NCBI GenBank assembly: GCA_021513695.1
Contig: CP084166.1
Location: 2,336,001-2,400,000, forward strand
Length of the DNA stretch: 64,000 bases
Reading direction: 5' to 3'
Source: Candidatus Heimdallarchaeum aukensis
Lineage (GTDB): Archaea > Asgardarchaeota > Heimdallarchaeia > Heimdallarchaeales > Heimdallarchaeaceae
Each line of letters opens with the position of its first letter. Position 1 is the stretch's first letter. The notes beneath the pieces were generated by a model. The model saw only the letters and a program-made list of their open reading frames with translations. It was not told the origin of the DNA and made no database searches. Made by a program: the position numbers and the translations under genes. Shown piece by piece: positions 57,305 to 64,000 of this stretch.

Positions 57305-58944
57305 TATTTTTTCACCTCTATATCAAAAATGTTTCCTGGATTAAGGATACAGTTGGGGTCAATGCTCAATTTTACATGTCGCATTTGATCTACGTTTTCT
57401 TCTCCATACATTATTATCAAGTACTCATGCTTAATTTTACCTATTCCATGCTCTGCAGAAACAGAACCCCCAAACTCTACAGCTTTCTTCGCGAATTTTT
57501 TGTAAAGAAGTTTTCCTTGCTCTAGATCTTCCATGTTCCTTGGGAGAATATTAACATGAACATGATTGTCACCTATATGTCCCCAAATTACATATTCTAA
57601 ACCTGCTTCTTCAAGTGATTCATGATAAAATTTCATCATATCAACTAAGTGTTCATCAGTAACAGACATGTCAGTTCCAAGTTTATGAATCTCAGGGTAG
57701 GTCTTCTTCCTTTCGGCAATTAAGTTATTGACTATTTCTGGTACAGCATGTCTAAAATGCTTGAATCTAGCTCTTTCTCGCTCTTCATAACCACACCAAG
57801 TGTTCTCTAATGAGGAGTTACATTGTTCAAGGAAATCACCAACTTCAGAAATAATAGTTTCTATAGTCTCCTCGTCAAAGGGTAAATCAAAAGATATTGC
57901 TGCTTCTGCAGTTTTAGATATTGTAGGCATATCGACAAATTTTGGATCTTCCTCTTGTTTATTTCTTAACAAAGTTAAAGCGTTTTTATCAAAGTATTCA
58001 ATGAATTCTGGTTTGAAAGTTGATTTTTTACGAAGCAAATCAACAAAATGTAGTGCGTCTATTTCTTTATCAAAAAATGCCACATTAGACATATGACTTT
58101 CATATTCCTTAATCCACAATTCTGCTTCTGTGATTACTCCCAAAATTCCTTCAGAGCCAATAAACAAGTCAATAAGATCCATATCTGGCTTTGCATAAAG
58201 TCCTGCAGCATTTTTTGCCTTAGGCATTTCGTAAGTTGGAATAGTTAACTTGATTTCTCCTTCTTTTGTTTTAATGATAAAATAGCCATCTTTAGCCAAA
58301 TATTTACCTCTTGGAATGTCGAGAACCTCTCCTGTTGGAATGACAACACGAATTCTTCTGACCCACTCTCTTGTAGCTCCATACCTAAAAGAACGGGCAC
58401 CAGAAGCATTAGCAGCGATAGTTCCTCCTACAGCTGCACTAGTTTCTGTTGGATCAATTGGATAGTAATAAGTGTTCAATTCTTTAAATTTCTCAACCCA
58501 ATTCTTTTCGGGAGGAATACTCTGATTTTCTTCGAACTTTTTTAATTTAACAATGTCATTTAGTTCAGATAAGGTAACATTTGGTTCAAGGCGTACAAAC
58601 CATCGTTTTTCCTCTTCATCGTACCCAATTCCTTTTACTGAATTTAACTGTTCGAAGGAAATGATAACTCCACCATAAAGAGGTACAGCTGAACCAACTA
58701 TTCCAGTTCTAGCTGCAGAAATGGTTACTGGTATTTTTTCTTCGTTAAGTTTTTTAATAATTGTAGCTACTTCTTGCTCATTTTTAGGGAAAAAAATCTT
58801 TTCCGCATGTCCTCCGCTTATTTTTGATTCGTCAAATAAATAACCAGGATGAGAAATTCTTATTTCTTCCTCTCCTTCAATGACCCTAATAGTTTCAAGG
58901 GGTACTTCTTCTACTGTTTCAGGGATAACTATATTATTAGTCAT
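57304..58944 (-). CDS. FAD-linked oxidase (GlcD/D-lactate dehydrogenase-like, PCMH-type FAD-binding)
   Basis: 'FPKNEQEVATIIKKLNEEKIPVTISAARTGIVGSAVPLYGGVIISF' FAD-binding domain; C-terminal '4 oxidase-like' region; stop overlaps the etfB start. Confidence 0.8.
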   Translation of the reverse strand: MTNNIVIPETVEEVPLETIRVIEGEEEIRISHPGYLFDESKISGGHAEKIFFPKNEQEVATIIKKLNEEKIPVTISAARTGIVGSAVPLYGGVIISFEQLNSVKGIGYDEEEKRWFVRLEPNVTLSELNDIVKLKKFEENQSIPPEKNWVEKFKELNTYYYPIDPTETSAAVGGTIAANASGARSFRYGATREWVRRIRVVIPTGEVLDIPRGKYLAKDGYFIIKTKEGEIKLTIPTYEMPKAKNAAGLYAKPDMDLIDLFIGSEGILGVITEAELWIKEYESHMSNVAFFDKEIDALHFVDLLRKKSTFKPEFIEYFDKNALTLLRNKQEEDPKFVDMPTISKTAEAAISFDLPFDEETIETIISEVGDFLEQCNSSLENTWCGYEERERARFKHFRHAVPEIVNNLIAERKKTYPEIHKLGTDMSVTDEHLVDMMKFYHESLEEAGLEYVIWGHIGDNHVHVNILPRNMEDLEQGKLLYKKFAKKAVEFGGSVSAEHGIGKIKHEYLIIMYGEENVDQMRHVKLSIDPNCILNPGNIFDIEVKK

Positions 58945-59050
58945 ACAGAACTCTCCTTAATAAGCTTAAGTAGGAGTGAAACATTCAGTTTAAAAAATTA
59001 ACTCATATCTACGAACAAAAAAATATAAGTTCTAATTTTAATAGACAGAT

Positions 59051-59374
59051 ATGAGCTACTATAAAATAATTACTTTAGTTCCAGAAGAAGTCATCGGGGA
59101 TTTAATGGATGAACTGAATAAAGTGGTAAAGCCCATTTATCCAAATTATGATTATGTTTTTACATATTCAAAAGTAATTAGTACTTGGAGACCACTATCA
59201 GGTTCTAACCCTTTTAAAGGAAAAATAAATCAAATAGAACATTCTTCAGAGATAAAACTAGAAATAAATGTGCATAAAGAAAATATTGATGATGTAATTA
59301 GTACGATTAAAAAAATTCATCCATATGAATGTCCTGTCATTGAGTATTTCGAAATAAGAATTCCAGGTTTCTAA
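59051..59374 (+). CDS. small hypothetical protein, possibly CutA/PII-like fold
   Basis: 107 aa. 'KIITLVPEE...DLMDEL' and C-terminal 'HPYECPVIEYFEI' resemble CutA1-like 'HPYExPE'. Weak. Confidence 0.3.
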   Translation: MSYYKIITLVPEEVIGDLMDELNKVVKPIYPNYDYVFTYSKVISTWRPLSGSNPFKGKINQIEHSSEIKLEINVHKENIDDVISTIKKIHPYECPVIEYFEIRIPGF

Positions 59375-59411
59375 CATTTATTATTGAGTTAAAAAAAGAA
59401 TCAAGATGCGA

Positions 59412-61229
59412 CTATGTTTTTTCAAAAAATGTACTCATTTCAGCAATCCATTCAGCAGATTGATGTTTAAAGTATGTGTTGTATAGTTCAGCATAAAATC
59501 CTCCTTTGCTAAGCAGAGTTTCGTGGGTTCCTTCTTCTATTATTTTTCCATGGTCTAATACTATAATTCTATCTGCATTTTGAATAGTAGTTAATCTGTG
59601 AGCAATAACAATAGAAGTTCTATTCTGTAGAAGTTTATCTAAAGCTTCTTGAATTTTCCACTCAGTATAAGCGTCAACAGCAGCTGTAGCTTCATCTAAA
59701 ATAACGATTTTTGGATTAGTTATCAGAGTTCGAGCAAAAGATATCATTTGTCTTTGTCCTAATGATAAACCTTTTCCTCTTTCTCCGATTTCAGTGTTTA
59801 AACCATCGGGGAGTGCATCAATAAATTCTTGTGCTGCAACGATTTCTATTACTCGTTTAACTTCTTCTAGAGTCGCATTTGGATTACCAAAACGGATATT
59901 ATCCAATACCGTACCACTGAAAAGAAAAACATCTTGGCTAACCAACCCAATATTCTTTCGTAAATGTTTAATGTCATAGTCTCTTATGTCAATGTCATCA
60001 ATTTTGATTGAACCTTTACTAATGTCATAGAAACGCATTAACAATGATGCAATGGTGGTTTTTCCTGCACCAGTATGCCCTACAATCGCAATAGTCTCAC
60101 CGGGCTCAATTTTAAGATTTATGTCTTCAAGGACGGGAGAATTAGGCTCATATTCGTGGTATACGTGTTCAAAAGTTACCTTTCCCACTATCTCTTTTTG
60201 GACTGGATTCTCTTTATTTACAACTGTTCTCTCATGATCAATAATACTAAATATTCTCTCCATAGCAGCAAAACCGCTCTGAATAATTGAGATTTGAGAA
60301 GCCACTCTCATTAAAGGATAGAGAAAACGATTTAGTAGTAAAATGAATAACAAAATGGTTGAAGCTGTCCCAAGACCTTCAAATATGAGCCAGCTACCAA
60401 AAAGTGTTATTCCAAAGACCCCCAAAATACTAATTCCATCCATAACAGGCCAAATTCCAGTTATCGCAAAAGCTCTTCTTTTTGCGTATTGAAACGTCTT
60501 TTCATTAATAACATTAAATTCTTCCTTAGATTTCTTTTCTCTACCAAAAGCTTTTGCTATAGCAATCCCAGCAACACTTTCTTGAAAAGCCGCATTTACC
60601 TCGCCTATAGCTGCCCTCCAACTCCCGCTAGTTTTTCTTATGATCTTTCTGAATAATACTCCTGTTGCTATAACCACTGGACCCATTGCAAGTGTGACCA
60701 AAGTAAGTCTCCAATTAACGGCAAACATAATTGCTAAAACTGCAAAAAGAATAACAAAATTAGAAATAAATTGTCCTATAAGACCAATCATTTGATTTAA
60801 TTCTTGTGCGTCATTTGTTATTCTACTCATAATTTTTCCTGTTGACTGTTTGTCATAAAAAACTAAATCATGCTCTTGTAAACTAACAAAAGTATCAACT
60901 TGAATATCTTTTATTATTTTTTGAGTTGTTTTAATTAACAATATTCCATTAACTACTTGAATAAACCACAGTATAAAGGATAAAATAACATAAGCAAGTG
61001 CATAAGGAAAGACTACAGTCCACTGCTGCTTTGCTTCTAAAACGTCAAAAGCTTTTTGCACCATGAGGGGAGGAACAATGTTTAATCCGGCGCCTACTAA
61101 AATCAAAATAACTATTGCTACAAGTTTAATCTTGTGTTTTCTCAAATAATTCCAAAACTTGCTTAATAATTCTTTATCCGAGTAATCCTTGTCGTAGTCT
61201 TCTTTATAGTTATACTGCATAATAATCAC
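59412..61229 (-). CDS. ABC exporter, fused permease/ATPase half-transporter (MsbA/Sav1866-like), subunit B
   Basis: 6 N-terminal TMs; Walker A 'GHTGAGKTT', signature 'LSLGQRQ', Walker B 'ILDEATAAVD'. Confidence 0.9.
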   Translation of the reverse strand: MIIMQYNYKEDYDKDYSDKELLSKFWNYLRKHKIKLVAIVILILVGAGLNIVPPLMVQKAFDVLEAKQQWTVVFPYALAYVILSFILWFIQVVNGILLIKTTQKIIKDIQVDTFVSLQEHDLVFYDKQSTGKIMSRITNDAQELNQMIGLIGQFISNFVILFAVLAIMFAVNWRLTLVTLAMGPVVIATGVLFRKIIRKTSGSWRAAIGEVNAAFQESVAGIAIAKAFGREKKSKEEFNVINEKTFQYAKRRAFAITGIWPVMDGISILGVFGITLFGSWLIFEGLGTASTILLFILLLNRFLYPLMRVASQISIIQSGFAAMERIFSIIDHERTVVNKENPVQKEIVGKVTFEHVYHEYEPNSPVLEDINLKIEPGETIAIVGHTGAGKTTIASLLMRFYDISKGSIKIDDIDIRDYDIKHLRKNIGLVSQDVFLFSGTVLDNIRFGNPNATLEEVKRVIEIVAAQEFIDALPDGLNTEIGERGKGLSLGQRQMISFARTLITNPKIVILDEATAAVDAYTEWKIQEALDKLLQNRTSIVIAHRLTTIQNADRIIVLDHGKIIEEGTHETLLSKGGFYAELYNTYFKHQSAEWIAEMSTFFEKT

Positions 61230-62990
61230 CTATTCTTTCACTCCAGCTTTCAAAGGAGGAAGCTCAGAAAAACGTTCAAATAGCCGCCTATAGTCAATAC
61301 TTGATTGAATTAGTTCAATATGCGTTCCGTGGGCAACAAGTTTTCCTTTTTTCAAAATAATAATCTGATCTGCATTTTTTATAGTAGCTAAACGATGAGT
61401 AATAATGAAAGTTGTTCTCTCTTTTAATACATTGGCAATAGCAATCTGTATCTCTCTTTCTGTTTCAGCGTCAATAGCACTACTCGCATCATCAAAAATT
61501 AAGATTTTTGGATTTCCCAATAAAGCACGAGCAATAGCAATTCTTTGTTTTTGCCCTCCAGAAAGCTTAACTCCTCTTTCTCCAACAATCGTATCATATC
61601 CTTCTTCAAATGACATAATAAAATCATGTGCTTGAGCCAACTTTGCAGCGTGTTCAATTTCTTCTTGACTGGCTTGTGGTTTTCCATAAGCAATATTTTC
61701 TCTTATTGTCTTGCTAAAAAGAAAAATATCTTGTTCTATAGCTCCTATATTTTTCCTCAGACTAGACAAACTCATTTCTCTTAGGTCAATACCATCAATG
61801 GTTATTCTACCCTCTGTAGGGTCATAAAAACGCATCATTAGCTTAATCAATGTAGATTTTCCTGATCCAGGAGCACCAATAATGGCTATAGTAGAACCTG
61901 CAGGAACATGAAGGTTAATGCCATCAAGAGTTTTCTCGTTGGTATTGGTTCCATTATAAGAAAAAGACACGTTTTCAAAAACAATTTCACCTTTCGGCTC
62001 TAACCATTCTATAGGTTTTTTGGCTTCTGGAACATATTCTTGTCTAGTTTTCATATTGTATATCCTTTTTGCAGCAGCCATCCCAATTTGAAATTGAGTA
62101 CTAGCCCAACCTAATTGCCATGTGGGAGAGTTCAAAGTCATTGCTAACATTACAAAAGAAACTAGTTGAGAAAGTGAAATGCTCCCCTTTGTTACTTCAA
62201 AGCTACCCCATAGAAAACTAAAAGCTATAACTAGAATGGTAATCAGAATAGGATAATACTTTGTGCTTAATATCCCTCTTTGTGTGTTAATCTCTCGAAG
62301 CTTATCAGCTTGTGTGTCAAAATAATTAATCTCTTCATCCTCTTTCACAAAACTTCTGATTATTCTAATACCTGTTACACTCTCTTGTAAGAATTCATTA
62401 AGCCTACTATTCTGTTCAACTTGAGCTTTAGAGATTGGCTGTAATTTCTTGTTAAAATCATAAATTGTTATAATATAAAATGGTAATGCAAAAACAAGAA
62501 TTAATGTGAGCTTTGGGCTAATATAAATCATAAGAGAAACAGAAAATAGTATTGTAAAAAAACCTTCAAGTAAAAACTTTAATCCTGGAGAAATAAAGAT
62601 ATTCATCTGACGGGTATCATAAGTGGCACGAGCCATGATATCTCCAATACGGACACGATCATGAAACTCATGGCTCTTTTTTAGCATATCGTCATAAAAT
62701 TCTTCTGTGACATTTTTTGTAACTTTGTGTGCTATAACCTCATTTGTATAACTCTGGGTAAAATCAGCTAAAGTGCGAATAATTCCCGCTAAAGCAATTA
62801 GTAGAGCAGTTTTTATAATTTCTAGAAACGAACTATTTTCTTTTGCTAACTCATCAAAAATATCTCCAATTAACATAGGTGTAAAAGATACAGTAGCAAT
62901 AAAGAAAATAAGGAAAAAAATCATAATAGTTACTAGTTTCTTTTCTCTCAATATATGCTTAAATAACCAACTTTTATACCCCATAGACAA
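61230..62990 (-). CDS. ABC exporter, fused permease/ATPase half-transporter, subunit A (forms heterodimer with downstream gene)
   Basis: Walker A 'GAPGSGKST', signature 'LSGGQKQR', Walker B 'IFDDASSAID'; stop abuts the start of the paralog. Confidence 0.9.
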   Translation of the reverse strand: MSMGYKSWLFKHILREKKLVTIMIFFLIFFIATVSFTPMLIGDIFDELAKENSSFLEIIKTALLIALAGIIRTLADFTQSYTNEVIAHKVTKNVTEEFYDDMLKKSHEFHDRVRIGDIMARATYDTRQMNIFISPGLKFLLEGFFTILFSVSLMIYISPKLTLILVFALPFYIITIYDFNKKLQPISKAQVEQNSRLNEFLQESVTGIRIIRSFVKEDEEINYFDTQADKLREINTQRGILSTKYYPILITILVIAFSFLWGSFEVTKGSISLSQLVSFVMLAMTLNSPTWQLGWASTQFQIGMAAAKRIYNMKTRQEYVPEAKKPIEWLEPKGEIVFENVSFSYNGTNTNEKTLDGINLHVPAGSTIAIIGAPGSGKSTLIKLMMRFYDPTEGRITIDGIDLREMSLSSLRKNIGAIEQDIFLFSKTIRENIAYGKPQASQEEIEHAAKLAQAHDFIMSFEEGYDTIVGERGVKLSGGQKQRIAIARALLGNPKILIFDDASSAIDAETEREIQIAIANVLKERTTFIITHRLATIKNADQIIILKKGKLVAHGTHIELIQSSIDYRRLFERFSELPPLKAGVKE

Positions 62991-63088
62991 ACCTGCAATT
63001 TAATCTTATTCAAATACCTTTGATTAATCTTCTTTAAAACTTTTTTTTTAATGTATTTTCTTACAATTAATGATAGTTTGATGAGTTT

Positions 63089-64000
63089 TCAAAGCAATAG
63101 ATGTTTATTTCCGATATTAACCATCTTCAGATGTTTTTTTGCTGCACGTTCGCAGCTTTCAGCTAGTTCTCTAGAAGTAACAGGTAGATCTTTAAACATA
63201 TGTTGTGGGTAAAAAGCCAATAGAGAGTAAGGAATATTTTCATTCAGGTCAGCAATAAAAGAAGCAATATTCTCAACTTCTTCTTCATCAATATAACCAG
63301 GAACAAGAAGAGTGGTAGCATTTAAAACTGGAAGTTCTGGCCTTTGTTCAAAAAATTTTCTAGCTACAAATTTGAAATTTTCTAGCACTTTTTCATTAGT
63401 GACTCCTGTCAAAGCTTTATGTATTTGAGGATTCCAAGCTTTTAAATCAAATTTAATGTTTCCTCCAGAAATTAAAGAAAACTCTGCTGCTTTTGAAATA
63501 TATTTTTGATTACCAAATCCATTCCACTCCCAACAAATACGAGCAATCCTTTTTTCTTCTTTAGAGATTTGCAAAATCCTTTTTGATAAATTGAGAGCAA
63601 AAGGAAAGTGAGGTTCTGGGGAACCTCCAAAAAAACAGATACACGTGATTCTTTTATTAGCTCTAAAAGTATCAAGAAGTTTGTTTAGATTTACTTCTGG
63701 TCCTAATTTAATGTTTTTATGATGCTGGTTTTGGCAATACAAACAATCAAAGGAACAACCATAAAAGAAAATGGATAAGTTATAGAACCCATATTCTTTA
63801 CCTTCTTTCATTGCAAATTCTGGAAAACCAGAACCCGTGCCTGCAGGACAAAACCAGGCTGCACAACAATTGCAAGGTAAAGGGTCTAAATAATAATCAA
63901 GAACACCTACATTTGAATTTGTAAGAGAAATAACTTTTCCTTCTTTATTATACTTTAGCCCACAGTAACTTACCTCGTTTTTATCTAATCCGCATTTATG
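63089..64000 (-). CDS. radical SAM enzyme, pyruvate formate-lyase activase/AmrS-like (partial; N-terminus lies beyond window end)
   Basis: The reverse-strand reading frame remains open to the window end ('...KCGLDKNEVSYCGLKYNKEGKVISL...PLPCNCCAAWFCPAGTGSG...'). Radical SAM cluster motif 'YGCSFDCLYCQN' (CxxxCxxC) in a PFL-AE-like context; downstream 'ICFFGGSPEP'. Confidence 0.55.
   Translation of the reverse strand, partial: HKCGLDKNEVSYCGLKYNKEGKVISLTNSNVGVLDYYLDPLPCNCCAAWFCPAGTGSGFPEFAMKEGKEYGFYNLSIFFYGCSFDCLYCQNQHHKNIKLGPEVNLNKLLDTFRANKRITCICFFGGSPEPHFPFALNLSKRILQISKEEKRIARICWEWNGFGNQKYISKAAEFSLISGGNIKFDLKAWNPQIHKALTGVTNEKVLENFKFVARKFFEQRPELPVLNATTLLVPGYIDEEEVENIASFIADLNENIPYSLLAFYPQHMFKDLPVTSRELAESCERAAKKHLKMVNIGNKHLLL

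Noticed and set aside
1-64000. CRISPR arrays, rRNA, tRNA, insertion sequences / transposases, integrases
   Set aside because: No regularly spaced direct repeats, no rRNA/tRNA-like GC-rich structured segments, and no ORF with DDE transposase or tyrosine/serine recombinase motifs were seen. The window appears to be chromosomal accessory/core mix without obvious mobile elements.

Overview
The window is AT-rich and densely coding, with about 48 genes, short intergenic gaps, many start/stop overlaps and no rRNA, tRNA or CRISPR array that I can see. It looks archaeal and specifically Asgard-like (Lokiarchaeia-type). Supporting that: a Rab/Ras-like small GTPase carrying Rab family motifs, an EF-2-family GTPase, a class-III (archaeal type IV pilin) signal peptide protein, an ArfC-type riboflavin reductase, ThyX, an MptE-like pterin kinase, and C-terminally TM-anchored secreted proteins. 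Principal content in order: (i) a partial CBS-domain gene. (ii) Two tandem, paralogous MoxR-type modules, each with a DUF4129 protein, a DUF4350 protein, a MoxR AAA+ ATPase, a DUF58/vWA protein and a membrane protein. The second module is expanded by an apparently inactive transglutaminase-like membrane protein and a 1234-aa multi-beta-sandwich surface protein fused to DUF4129. ThyX sits between the two modules on the opposite strand. (iii) A solitary EF-2-family gene with a derived diphthamide loop. (iv) A translationally coupled operon of an amidohydrolase-type deaminase, an ArfC reductase and the radical-SAM pair CofG/CofH (deazaflavin FO synthase). (v) A membrane-tethered wHTH regulator followed by a 1066-aa surface protein. 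(vi) A DEXH helicase with a C-terminal DUF1998/MZB domain. (vii) An archaeal pilin next to the Rab-like GTPase. (viii) An M20 peptidase, two anchored secreted proteins (one SBP family 5-like), and MptE-like and PTPS-like pterin enzymes. (ix) A divergent pair of ClC channels with CBS domains. (x) A secreted FG-GAP (integrin-alpha-like) beta-propeller protein with an array of thrombospondin-type-3-like DxDxDG repeats. (xi) A NUDIX hydrolase and an EtfA(ferredoxin-fused)/EtfB/FAD-linked oxidase trio resembling electron-bifurcating lactate dehydrogenase. (xii) A heterodimeric ABC exporter pair and a partial PFL-activase-like radical SAM gene at the 3' edge. All functional calls come from motif recognition by eye on the supplied translations; no database searches were run.
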